From Candidatus Heimdallarchaeota archaeon (GTDB lineage Archaea > Asgardarchaeota > Wukongarchaeia > Wukongarchaeales > JBHIFL01), in contig JBHIFL010000019.1 of NCBI GenBank assembly GCA_046761065.1, positions 1 through 54,775 of the forward strand: a stretch of DNA of 54,775 nt, given 5' to 3'. The notes under the pieces are model-generated. The model had not been told where the DNA came from, did no database searches, and saw only the letters and a list, made by a program, of their open reading frames with translations. Positions 19,496 to 29,829 of this stretch are shown piece after piece (positions within the stretch are counted from its first letter, which is position 1; the number at the start of each line of letters is the position of its first letter). The translations under genes and the position numbers were made by a program.

Positions 19496-19789
19496 TTACA
19501 ATTGAGGACGTAAGTGTTCTGGTCGAGAAATAATGAGTTTTTCTCGTCCCATATCTTTTATGTTTATTAGATACGATCTTCCCCGTTTTCCCACAATTTT
19601 TCCGGTTTTTCCGTGAAATCGACGGTGTGGACGTCCTTTTTGAACACTTGGTTCAAGAATCACTGTTACTCTATCACCATTCGTATATTCTCGCAATATT
19701 ACACTAAGTGGCGGCATTCCTTTCTTACGAACAGACTTTTTTAGGAGGTTGCGAGATTTAAACCATGTTCCCTTTGATTTACGAACCAT
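19496..19789 (-). CDS. rpl21e: 50S ribosomal protein eL21
   Basis: MVRKSKG..PSVQKGRPHRRFHGKTG..RPEHL. Confidence 0.96.
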   Translation of the reverse strand: MVRKSKGTWFKSRNLLKKSVRKKGMPPLSVILREYTNGDRVTVILEPSVQKGRPHRRFHGKTGKIVGKRGRSYLINIKDMGREKLIISRPEHLRPQL

Positions 19790-19793
19790 ATAA

Positions 19794-21134
19794 TTATCCC
19801 CTAAAATGTATATCAAGTACATCAAGTGTTTTTGAGACAGCTTCTGTATGCAAGATGCAACTGACACTAGGATTTGTTCTCCCATTGTCACCATGAATCA
19901 ATTCTTTCACGTACAATCCACCTTCACAACGAATCCTCATCTCTAGCTCCTTTTTCCCCACAATGTTCGCTGAAAAGCTGCGGATCCTTCGTTTTCGAAG
20001 TTTATCAGTGCGACGATGGAGCACACGACTCGGGGTTCGTTGTTCAATCACTGCCTGCGAAAGCGTCTCTTCCAAGATTTTTATATCTTCCTCTCTAACT
20101 GGTCTACCTAATTCGACTCTAAGAAGATATGTTTTATCGATTGACCTGCTCTGAGTCTTCAATTTAACAATCATAAGTCGATTGGTGAATTTAAGAGAAG
20201 ATACCTCCACTTTTCCCGCTGCAAATTCATTTATCTGTCTTTTTAATATGTCAAGATCTATGTTTCTTATATGTGGGTTTTTCAATTCTATGACGAATGG
20301 GCGTCCAACCCCAAGGGTCCTGGCATCGATATCTTCTCGCCCTGCCGCATGAAATTTCGCTTTTTCAGCCTTTGTCGAAGAAACTGTAGGTAAAACAATT
20401 AATTCATCAATTGATGTTTCATATTTTCGCCCAGTTCCCTGACATTCTTCGCAACCTTCTCCGTCACAGCTCGAACAGATCCAAAGAGCTTGGGGAATAC
20501 CTGTAACTAGCTTACGGTATCTCCCAAAAATGAATAAAGGGTTTACCTGGAATTTAAAATTATTTTGTTTCAAATCATAGACGAAAACAACATTAGGAGC
20601 TTGTGTTATAGCTTTTTTCCCAGTTTTTTCCTGAATCTTTTTTCCTAATTCACGATTAAATTCAGATTTAATCGATTCACCATATAAGATATTGAATTGT
20701 GTGCGCAACTCATCTTCACGATCGATAAGCCTACCCATCCCAGCGGATCCTACAAGAAATGTATCAAAACTGTATGGCCCACTTGCTTGTATTGCAAGAC
20801 TTGCATATTCATCTAGTCGGGTGAATAGATCTTCACAAAGATAACATCTTATTGGATCAGGAGGCGTTTCGCCTAACACCTCCAGAGTAGATCGTGCTAT
20901 AACAAATCCACTTCGAGAGACTACTGTTAGGATTTCAATGGCTTTTTGTTTTTGTGTAGTTTTAAACAATGAATGCGCATGGATTGTTAAGATCAACTTT
21001 AATGCATTACCCCGCTCACAATTCGTTGTTCCGTGGGCTAGTTGGGCAAATTGCCGTCCCAAGCAGTGAGAACACAGAGAGTATTCATTGAGTAGCTGAA
21101 TCAACCCTTCGATCAAAGATCTGGCTCCTGTCAA
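19794..21134 (-). CDS. pus10: tRNA pseudouridine(54/55) synthase Pus10
   Basis: LCSHCLGRQFA..FHAAGREDIDARTLG.GRPF..GGLYVKELIHGDNGRT. Confidence 0.95.
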   Translation of the reverse strand: MTGARSLIEGLIQLLNEYSLCSHCLGRQFAQLAHGTTNCERGNALKLILTIHAHSLFKTTQKQKAIEILTVVSRSGFVIARSTLEVLGETPPDPIRCYLCEDLFTRLDEYASLAIQASGPYSFDTFLVGSAGMGRLIDREDELRTQFNILYGESIKSEFNRELGKKIQEKTGKKAITQAPNVVFVYDLKQNNFKFQVNPLFIFGRYRKLVTGIPQALWICSSCDGEGCEECQGTGRKYETSIDELIVLPTVSSTKAEKAKFHAAGREDIDARTLGVGRPFVIELKNPHIRNIDLDILKRQINEFAAGKVEVSSLKFTNRLMIVKLKTQSRSIDKTYLLRVELGRPVREEDIKILEETLSQAVIEQRTPSRVLHRRTDKLRKRRIRSFSANIVGKKELEMRIRCEGGLYVKELIHGDNGRTNPSVSCILHTEAVSKTLDVLDIHFRG

Positions 21135-21708
21135 ATTCTATGTTCAACACTGAAGGTACTACACAGAGATTAAACGTGAAAGGAAAGTAAATCTTCCCAA
21201 AGAGAGGAAAATAAGATTCTAAGTTAGCCTTATCTGTCGATGGGACTCCTATTTGAATTAAATATTGTTCGTCTTTTGGAAGTGAAGTAAGACTTAGAGT
21301 TTGATCCCCATGTTCCACAATAATAAGTGAAAATTGATTAAGGGTGGCTCTCAATTCTTCTAGGCTTTTAAAGATTCTGATGCCTGACCGTTGGAAAAAC
21401 AAGTGATTTAATCGTCTTTTACACACTAACTTGATAGCTTTATCGAGGATTAATAGGATAGACCGAAAATCAGGTCGCATATTGCGAAGTCTATTCGAAG
21501 AAATTTGAATTATCTTATAGATATCATCTGATAAAATTAAAAAAACATTAACATCCTTGCGAATATCATGTGATAAGAAGAGCGATGAATAAACAAATAA
21601 CGGAAGAGAATAAGCATTCTTTCGGTAGTCAGATTTTGGGAAATTTAATTCACGCTTCGAAAAACGTAAGCTGGAAGCAGGAATGTACCTAATATAGTTA
21701 CGCGTCAA
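21085..21708 (-). CDS. TrmY-like SPOUT protein (tRNA pseudouridine-54 N1-methyltransferase homolog), divergent
   Basis: SLFLSHDIRKDV and LRNMRPDFRS resemble TrmY motifs; syntenic with pus10; the C-terminal SAM-knot motif is poorly conserved. Confidence 0.65.
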   Translation of the reverse strand: MTRNYIRYIPASSLRFSKRELNFPKSDYRKNAYSLPLFVYSSLFLSHDIRKDVNVFLILSDDIYKIIQISSNRLRNMRPDFRSILLILDKAIKLVCKRRLNHLFFQRSGIRIFKSLEELRATLNQFSLIIVEHGDQTLSLTSLPKDEQYLIQIGVPSTDKANLESYFPLFGKIYFPFTFNLCVVPSVLNIEFDRSQIFDRRVDSATQ

Positions 21709-21934
21709 GAACTGTCATCTCGAACCTATTCCTAAAAATATAAGAAAAGTATTCGGAGTTTACAGAAATTATTTTGTTTTTTAACAAATTTTACATAAGG
21801 AAGGGATTATGTTCGGAGAATAGGGTACTCCGAATAAACTGTCTGGGAGAAGCATCAAATACACGTCTGTGAAATGGGAGCCACCCTGATATTATTTGAC
21901 AATGTTATAAGTATCTTTCAAAGGATTATCTCTG

Positions 21935-22983
21935 ACCTCCTCCCCACCCTGAAGGGTTGAGGGTTCCGAGTTCGCTCGCGTTCGGGGCGGTGCCTCCTTG
22001 GGGGGATGAGTGCTCCCCTCGCATCTACCTCTTTTTGCATGCGATTGAGCAATACTTGGACGGCCTGTGATATTGAACGCCGCATTCACATCCGCATGCC
22101 CAAGCTGTCCACACTGGGGACAAAAGAACGCTTTCTCATTTCGAGTGCCTAGGTGTCCACACCGGCTACACGTTTGCGAAGTATAGACAGGATCAACATA
22201 GATGACGGGGATTTTTAGCAGCTTGGCTTTGTATTCTATCATCTGTTGGAGTTGATAGAACGACCAACTGTGCAAGGAATAGAGAAATGAGCGCGTTGAT
22301 TTGGCGGTTTGGCGAACCCCATTTAATTGTTCCATTTTTAAGCCGAGCTTGCTGAGCTAGAGTCATGCGTTTTCGGCTGATTTTATGGTTCGTGTCCCGC
22401 ATGATCCGCCGCTCGCGATCCTTGACCTTCTTGACCAGTTTGTAGGCTCCAGCTTTCTGCAGCTTCTTCCGGTGGTTCTAGTATTTCTTGTGGATATGCT
22501 CGCATTTTTTGCCGAGTTTCCATCTTTTCCTGTCGTAGGATTGGCAAACACCGCGAAATGTCCTGTAGTGTTGAGATCTACCCCAAGATAGCCCTTCGGC
22601 TACATAGGGGGTTGTTCAGGAATGGTCACTGCCACATAGATGTAGGTGTCCCCTACCTCAATTTGGTTAATCTTCTCAAAATGGTTAGGGAACTCCTAGT
22701 GGGAGGAGAACTTCAAGCAAGGTACTCGAATGAGCCGCTGGGCTTAATCCCCTTTAATCCCTTGATTGGGAATGGTCAATTTAACCGACGGCACCCGTTT
22801 GATGGTTTTATTTCGCCCATATTTCCACAAAATTTGGTTGGCAATCATAGACTTGAGTCCCAAATGCTTGACGTCTTTCTAGGAGAAGATACGATGTTTA
22901 AGGGTAAATACCGCCACTTGCCGGGCTTTGCGAAGGTCTTTCGAGAAGTCCCAGGTATGTTTAGCTTTGTAGGTGAGAATCAT
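21935..22983 (-). pseudogene. tnpB: TnpB, disrupted by stops and frameshifts
   Basis: Starts MILTYKAKH overlapping the tnpA stop; early TAG. RuvC and Zn-finger pieces (HKISR; [38 protein letters not shown]) lie in different frames. Confidence 0.88.
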
Positions 22984-23393
22984 TTCCCTTTCTGCTCCTC
23001 GATATATTTTTTCACAGCTTCGAGCGTCACTGCTCCCACTGAGGAAATAAACTTAGAATGCGTCCACAAGGTTGGAAGACGGCGCTTCAGCTGAGGAAAG
23101 TCTTCACGAAGGTGGCGAGAGGTATAGCCCTTGATTTTGTTCACGATCAGGAAAATGCCAATCTTCGGGCTTACATCTAGCAACAAATGCGCATGATCGG
23201 ATAATATTTCCATATCAAGAACCTCATAGCCGTACTCTCGTTGCTTTTCAAGAACCAAGGCTTTCAGGGCAGTAGCAATATCCTCTTCGAGCACTGGACG
23301 GTGATACTTCGGACAGAAAATCATATAGTTTTGACAACTATAGACAAAGTGTTTAGCTGAATGATACTTCTTGGTGCGTTGTTTGATCGCCAT
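22980..23393 (-). CDS. tnpA: IS200/IS605 Y1 transposase TnpA
   Basis: FCPKY, HUH motif DHAH, KGYTSR, catalytic KKYIEEQ. Confidence 0.93.
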   Translation of the reverse strand: MAIKQRTKKYHSAKHFVYSCQNYMIFCPKYHRPVLEEDIATALKALVLEKQREYGYEVLDMEILSDHAHLLLDVSPKIGIFLIVNKIKGYTSRHLREDFPQLKRRLPTLWTHSKFISSVGAVTLEAVKKYIEEQKGK

Positions 23394-23670
23394 GATTTTA
23401 TTATACTACAATGCTTCTTATATCCTTTTTAATACGTCGCAATTCAGCCTTTCCTTGAAAGGATGGGGCTTTCTTGCGACTTTGCTTGTAAAGAGGGCTT
23501 TAACTGGGTGTTAATACACCCCTTTATAGTTAGAAATCTTTATCCGCAAAAAGTGATAATAAGGAATCTTACAAACCTGTTTTATAGAATGATGGAAAAA
23601 AAGATTCGGATGATTGCATTATCGCTCTATTGAAGGCAGTGCTTTCTTGTTCTATTATGAATATTTATAA

Positions 23671-25008
23671 TTATCCCCAAGGGAATTTTTGGCGGCGAAA
23701 ACGACGGTCTCCCCTCATCTGTTTCATTAATTTCCTTGTCTGATCATATTGTTTCAAAAGTTGTTGAACAACTGGTACAGAAGTTCCTGATCCACGGGCT
23801 ATTCTATTAATCCTTGAACTCTTCCGAAGAATCCGTGGGTTGTCTAATTCTTCATCTGTCATGCTTTCAAGAATGGCAATCCATTTTTTCATGTTTTCTT
23901 TGCTCATATCATCAAATTCCGGGGGCAAACTGGGCCCAATCCCTGGCAGCCCAGATAAAAGCCGACTTATTCGACCCATCCCTTGAAAATGCTGGATTTG
24001 CTGATAAAGATGGCGTAAAGTGAACTTTCCTGACATAATAGCTCGCATGACTTCTTCTTCTGAGATGACTCCTGCCTCTTGGATTCGCTTCAGAATGGAT
24101 TCAAGATCCCCAAGTCCTAGAAGAGTCCCAACAAATTTTGGAGGAGAAAACTTTTCAAGGTCGTCTATTTTCTCACCCATACCTATGAACTTGATAGGAG
24201 CTCCAGTAGCAGCTGCAGCAGAGATCGCACCACCCCCTTTAGCTGCTCCATCCAACTTAGTGACGATAATTGATCCGACATTTGTCGCATTGTTGAATGC
24301 AGCTGCTTGAGAGTAAGCTTGTTGTCCTATTGTCCCATCTAGAACAAGAATTATCTCGTCAGGGTGCGTCAGATCCGCTATCGCCTTCATCTCTTGGATC
24401 AAGCCATGTTCATCTTTGTGTCTTCCTGCTGTATCTATAATAATTACATCAACTGCTCGTTGAAAAAATTCTTCAATCCCTTGTTTTGCAATTTTGGCAG
24501 GATTTTGTTCCCGTGGATTAGAGAATAGTGGAATATCTATTTTTTTTAGAAGTTGGTATAATTGATCACTTGCGCCAGGGCGATAGGTATCTGCACAGAT
24601 CACTGCCACCCGGTATCCGCGCTTTTGGAGGAATCTTGCCAGTTTGGCTGTAGTTGTTGTCTTGCCCGAGCCTTGGATCCCTACAAGCATAAGAAGGGTA
24701 GGACCTTTTGATTTAATACTAAGCCTATGTTCTTTGGTCCCAAGAAGAGTAGCTAATTCTTCGTAGAGGACTCTTATCACATGATATCGCGGTGATATCC
24801 CTCGTGGGATTTTCTCATCTAAAGCACGCTTTTCAACCGTCGTACATACCCTATCCACAAGTTCAATATTAACATCTGCAAGGAGAAGAGATCTTTTAAG
24901 ATCTTTTAGAAGATCTGCAATCAATTCTCTATTGACATAAGACATTTTTCGTACTTTACTAGCGATCTTTGCAAGAGCCGCACCTAGTCCACCTAAAACT
25001 CTACTCAA
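23671..25008 (-). CDS. srp54: Signal recognition particle protein SRP54
   Basis: GIQGSGKTTT, DTYRPGA, DTAGRH, TKLDG, M domain SRINRIARGSG. Confidence 0.97.
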   Translation of the reverse strand: MSRVLGGLGAALAKIASKVRKMSYVNRELIADLLKDLKRSLLLADVNIELVDRVCTTVEKRALDEKIPRGISPRYHVIRVLYEELATLLGTKEHRLSIKSKGPTLLMLVGIQGSGKTTTTAKLARFLQKRGYRVAVICADTYRPGASDQLYQLLKKIDIPLFSNPREQNPAKIAKQGIEEFFQRAVDVIIIDTAGRHKDEHGLIQEMKAIADLTHPDEIILVLDGTIGQQAYSQAAAFNNATNVGSIIVTKLDGAAKGGGAISAAAATGAPIKFIGMGEKIDDLEKFSPPKFVGTLLGLGDLESILKRIQEAGVISEEEVMRAIMSGKFTLRHLYQQIQHFQGMGRISRLLSGLPGIGPSLPPEFDDMSKENMKKWIAILESMTDEELDNPRILRKSSRINRIARGSGTSVPVVQQLLKQYDQTRKLMKQMRGDRRFRRQKFPWG

Positions 25009-25390
25009 AATTTAAGTCCTCCACAAATCATTTTTTAGCTATTTAATTGGTTTTGATATTAGTGGATTTCGAATGTGCCTTTAAACTTCTTTGCTTCCAT
25101 CCCAAGAACATCCACTCCTTTTATAGAAATTATCGAAGCTCTCTAAAAGTATCATCTGAATCGGCATGATTATTTGTATAAACCGCCCCAGATTTGTGTG
25201 ATGTATGTTTACGACTTGAATATTTTTGAAAAATCTAGGAGAAGTTTCCTAAGCCGCGTATATAGGATCGAAAAAAAAGAATGCGTTCTCCACCCTTGAA
25301 ATAAAACAAGGCATAAAGGGTTTTTATTTTTTTATTCAAACATATAAACGAAAACCACGCTATTGAAAACAGGTCAAGGGATATGGTGCG

Positions 25391-26332
25391 ATGATTTATA
25401 TCTCAGGAATTGTACTTATTGGTATTTTAGCACTATTTCCACAGCTAGGATATTTTATTTTTAATTATATATCCAAAAAAGGACTAGTAAGAGCTCAAAT
25501 CTTGGAAAAATCCTTGTATATTCTTTCACGTGAAAGGAGAAGAATCTTTATTGGAGGAATCATTGTTTATGAACCATGTACAATACATGAAGAAAGCGCG
25601 TTGGAATTTGTACATAAAATCCTAGAATATCTCCCGTTGACCTTCAAACTTGTAAAAAGTTGTGATCACTCGTGTATTTATGTTTACACCTTTATATACC
25701 AAGCAAAAACAAATATGAAAAGTTATTTTGATGAGAAGATTCACAAAATCGCGAATATATTAGAAACTCTTTTTACACCACGAAAAATCCAGATAATGAC
25801 TGGAGGAGAACTATATAAGAAGATGCAAAATGAATATGGGGAGATACTTGACACAGAAGAAGAAACATGTATAATAACTAGAAAATCGTTTGCAAGTATC
25901 TTTGAATTAATAAAACTCTATCAGAGAGAGAATTGGAAACAAAGGATCTTTTTATTGAATTGTTTGTTAGAACTTGGGTTGGATATTAGTCTATTATTTA
26001 CAATTAGAATGAAGAACACTCATGTTTACTCAACAGGGCAAATACGGATTAATGGAAACACGAAGGAAGCTTTGATGGAAGGGATCAAGATTCTGAAAAA
26101 AGGAGGATCTTCATTACTTGCGAGTTCTACAAGCCAAAAGCGTGAAAAAAAAGATTTGAGCCATGAATTGGTTGATAGTGCTTTACAAATAGTACCGTAT
26201 TTAGGACAAGAAATCAATCTAAAAAATTTTGCGAGTTTAATACAGTTTTGTGTACAAAATGCTTCTAAAATGAAAAAAAAATTCTTTTCTGCTCCAGAAA
26301 ATTACATCTTGACCCCTCTCCATGGAAATTAA
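25391..26332 (+). CDS. Hypothetical protein with N-terminal membrane anchor
   Basis: 313-aa ORF with a hydrophobic N-terminus; no recognised motif. Confidence 0.65.
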   Translation: MIYISGIVLIGILALFPQLGYFIFNYISKKGLVRAQILEKSLYILSRERRRIFIGGIIVYEPCTIHEESALEFVHKILEYLPLTFKLVKSCDHSCIYVYTFIYQAKTNMKSYFDEKIHKIANILETLFTPRKIQIMTGGELYKKMQNEYGEILDTEEETCIITRKSFASIFELIKLYQRENWKQRIFLLNCLLELGLDISLLFTIRMKNTHVYSTGQIRINGNTKEALMEGIKILKKGGSSLLASSTSQKREKKDLSHELVDSALQIVPYLGQEINLKNFASLIQFCVQNASKMKKKFFSAPENYILTPLHGN

Positions 26333-26424
26333 AAAATCTCGCATTAAAACATATTTAACAGTTAGATTTTGGATATCCTGTTAAGACCGGTCAGGAATAT
26401 TGATAAGCAAGGAAGGTTTCTAAA

Positions 26425-27222
26425 TCAAGACGAAGTTGAAAAAATTTTTCGAATTGCTGACGTATTAAACACAGACATAGAGACAGCTGGGAGATAAGGT
26501 CCAATCCTTTGGAGAAGGAGCTTAGCATTTATTCCAAAAATGCAAGCAATAGCATGTTCCATTAGGCCGAGTCGTTCAATTCTGTAAATATCTCTTAACG
26601 CACCCGCTTTCACTAGTGCTCGCCTTATTTCTTGCCGAGAGGCTCCATAACATATTAATCGTTCTAATCGATCATGACGCCACTTTTCAAATAACTCCAA
26701 GGATGATTTAGCTAGTTTAACTTCGATAGTGCCCTTATCTTTGTCTGTTGAGATGACAACAACATTAACAGGAAAATTCTCTAAGAATCCATAGATACGA
26801 ACAATACGTGGTAAAGAAAACGTCTTTTCGTTTACAAGCTGTTCACGCAAGGTATAAAGAGGAAGAAGGGCATCTTTTTTTGGATTAAAAACACCAATAT
26901 CAACAAAAACACCAAATCCAACGTTTCCTGGAGAAACTAAGTGACCACGTCTAACATCACCTATTTTTAATTCGTTAAAATTTATAACAGACCCAAATTT
27001 CCACTTAAGATAGTTCTTTGCACCATGAAAATCATCTCCAAATATAGAAACAGCCAAGTACCCATCCATCCCTATACTAGTTTCAACTCGTTTTAAACGA
27101 AGAGACCCCACTTCATGCTGTAAAATATCCCGTGCAGAGCGTAAAGCATTAAGTTGAGAGATTTTATTTCCATAAATCTTTTCCAATAGTAATACATATG
27201 ACCCATTCTTCTCAGTAACCAA
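26425..27222 (-). CDS. DUF2110 family protein (S1-like domain)
   Basis: LLEKIYG..GNVGFGVFVDIG..KDALLPLYTLREQL..IERLGLMEH. Confidence 0.75.
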   Translation of the reverse strand: MVTEKNGSYVLLLEKIYGNKISQLNALRSARDILQHEVGSLRLKRVETSIGMDGYLAVSIFGDDFHGAKNYLKWKFGSVINFNELKIGDVRRGHLVSPGNVGFGVFVDIGVFNPKKDALLPLYTLREQLVNEKTFSLPRIVRIYGFLENFPVNVVVISTDKDKGTIEVKLAKSSLELFEKWRHDRLERLICYGASRQEIRRALVKAGALRDIYRIERLGLMEHAIACIFGINAKLLLQRIGPYLPAVSMSVFNTSAIRKIFSTSS

Positions 27223-27511
27223 CTAACGAACCCCTCCACTTTAATGAAAAATAGAATTACTTGTGTGAATCAAAAGTATTTTCAAATGCACACATCAACT
27301 TATAATAGCAGCCATTTAGGCATAATACTTTCTACGAAGATATGTGAATGATCTTGGGAGATTCAAAACCCTTGGAGATTCGGATGTGTCAATAAATCAT
27401 CACGGAGAGAAGTTTATGGTGTATTGTATGTTTCCACACACTAAATATATAAGCTATACAATCTGTATTACACATTATTTTAGGATTTTTCCTATTACAC
27501 TTTCAATCTTC

Positions 27512-27800
27512 TTACAATAACATTTTCCAGTGTTTGAACCACCAAAAAAATAAACGGGCGACTGAAGAAAGAGATTTATCCTGGTTAATTGCCATATGAT
27601 AATATTCTTCGCTTTTTGAAATTTGATCTGTTTTATGATAACAATCAGCTAATCCTTCCCATGCACGAGTGATATTTAGAATCCAACCATAAAACTTCTT
27701 CATAGCATTCCTTGGCTTGTTCAAATTGTCTTCGTTCGCGAAAGATGTGTCAGATTAAGTAGTGTAGTTAAAAGCATCGTGAGAATTCCTTTTCTGCACA
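27512..27800 (-). pseudogene. Tetratricopeptide-repeat protein remnant
   Basis: IFRERRQFEQAKECYEEVLWLDSKY in one frame continues as RAWEGLADCYHKTDQISKSEEYYHMAI in another; frameshift near 27670. Confidence 0.6.
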
Positions 27801-28369
27801 GTGTTTGTTTACTGCAGATCGCAATTATATTGTGGCAGGAAATATTTATCGCATGCATCAAGAACAATGGGAAAGGTGATTTAATTGAAAATAGGCAAAA
27901 CCGGTGTCCTCTACAGGGACAAGTATCCCACTCAACTGTCCTAGCGTGGCCTTTACTCCAAAGGTTTTGGTAGGTAAACATTGAAATAAATGTCTATTAT
28001 GAAAGGTACGGTATTTCGGATATTCATTGACAACACATCCTTTTAACGAAAGCGGGGGACGTTCTCATAAGGATTTGTGTAAAGCAAAGTAATGTTTATA
28101 ATGTTGTAGTTATATAATTTATTAGAAGAAGAATTCGTGTAAAAAAGAGTTTGAGAATAGGGATATCTAATACTATCAGCTATGAAGGATTTGGAGTTGA
28201 CTATTAAGATTTTAATAAAAAACTTTCATGAAGTATTAGCATATTATAGAACTTCTATTTTAAGATTATTTGATTCTTTCCTGAATATATTGTTTTAACA
28301 ATTAAAAAATGTTTATGTGACATGTCTGTTATAGCGAGAGTAAGTATGTACAAAGGAGTTGACTGCAGA

Positions 28370-28876
28370 ATGCCTCCACACAGTGCCCTTAGCATGATTG
28401 AGGAGATAGGTGGTCAAGATGCTGTCAAGGTCGTCCAAGTTCTAAATTCGAAAAAGGATATAACCGATGAGCAAATTGCAGAAATCACTGGTCTAAAACT
28501 AAATATGGTCCGAAAGGTTCTTTATAAACTAAATGAAAGTCAAATTGCCACCTATCGGCGCGAACGAGATTCAGAAACGGGTTGGTTTGTGTATTTTTGG
28601 TTCCTTCGACAAGAAAAGCTTGAAAACTTGATAAAGGGGCGACAAAAAGCTGTTCTTAGAATATTAAAACAACGTTTTGATTTCGAACGACAAAATGACT
28701 TTTATATCTGCGAAAACAAATGTCAAAAGTTAGTTTTTAATGAAGCATTTGAAGTAGGTTTTACTTGTCCTAAGTGTAACTCATTATTGGTCCAAATTGA
28801 TAATGGAACGCTGATTAAAGTCTTAGAAAGGAAAATTTCTCAACTTTCTAAAGCTATAAACGATTTCGAAGAGTGA
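28370..28876 (+). CDS. tfe: Transcription factor E alpha
   Basis: TDEQIAEITGLKLNMVRKVLYKL..RDSETGWFVYFW..FTCPKC; start uncertain (28322-28370). Confidence 0.93.
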   Translation: MPPHSALSMIEEIGGQDAVKVVQVLNSKKDITDEQIAEITGLKLNMVRKVLYKLNESQIATYRRERDSETGWFVYFWFLRQEKLENLIKGRQKAVLRILKQRFDFERQNDFYICENKCQKLVFNEAFEVGFTCPKCNSLLVQIDNGTLIKVLERKISQLSKAINDFEE

Positions 28877-28952
28877 TGGTTTAGTTGGTGCGGATGAACA
28901 ATTTGTACGTTTTCTAAAAAATTGAGCTCGAAATGATAATAATCAGCTTTGA

Positions 28953-29441
28953 TCATTCCGATTTTTCGCCTAGAACCCGTGCAATATCACCTAATGTCAT
29001 TTTAGAAAGAGGTTTTTTGGATGGCGTAATGTCGACTGGTTCAATTGGTGATAACAGTTTAATTTCTAACATTTTTTCAATTTTTTTAGCCATTTTCTCA
29101 CTTGGACGTATTTTTTTCAGTTCAAGTTTAGCAAGATACGATTCTTTCATCTGTAGTTTTTTGGCTAATACTTCCCGTGTCCAACCTTTACTCTCACGTA
29201 CATTCCGAATTCTTTCACCATAATCAGGAACTAATCCATAAATATCTTCTTTTTGGTTTTTCCTTTTTGGAGAACGCAGTACCTTAGGACGTAAAATTTT
29301 TTTATGTCGGGAATTTGTTCTTGGAATAGAGACTGGTTCACCATATTTAGCACACTTAAGACACGCCATCATGATTGTTCTTTCAACTATTATTGGTTTA
29401 AGATCAAAAGAAGATTGACCACATATCTCACACCGAGCCAC
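28953..29441 (-). CDS. mbf1: Multiprotein bridging factor aMBF1
   Basis: Zn ribbon CEICG..CLKCAKYG, HTH DYGERIRNVRE..LAKKL, C-terminal TLGD. Confidence 0.92.
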   Translation of the reverse strand: MARCEICGQSSFDLKPIIVERTIMMACLKCAKYGEPVSIPRTNSRHKKILRPKVLRSPKRKNQKEDIYGLVPDYGERIRNVRESKGWTREVLAKKLQMKESYLAKLELKKIRPSEKMAKKIEKMLEIKLLSPIEPVDITPSKKPLSKMTLGDIARVLGEKSE

Positions 29442-29829
29442 AAATGGTTTCCTCCTTTTTCCTAGAGTAACTCAACTTAGAATATTCATGTTTAAAACTA
29501 AAATTGCTAATTAATAACAGGTATCCAAATCATACGTCTTAAATTAGTTATATTCATGTTTATGATTATTAAGATAATAATCTTTTTTATCCTCTGATAT
29601 AATCTGACAGCTAAAGTGTTTGGGAGATTTATATTCCTCTACAGAAAAAGAACAAAAGATATCCCTATTGAATAGTAAAAATTTAGAATGTTAGGGCACG
29701 ATACAACATTTCTTATGGTATAAATGACTATTATAGAACCATTCAGACCTGTCGTGTCACGTTTTCAGTATTCTTGCTTGACAATATATAAATAATATCA
29801 GTGAAGAAGATAAAACAGATGGGGATAAT

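Larger units (their letters stand above)
21932..23487 (-). mobile_element. IS605-group insertion sequence (tnpA plus broken tnpB)
   Basis: Left-end hairpin GTCGCAA..TTGCGAC (23436-23480), right-end hairpin (21932-21967), tnpA followed by overlapping tnpB. Exact ends approximate. Confidence 0.88.
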
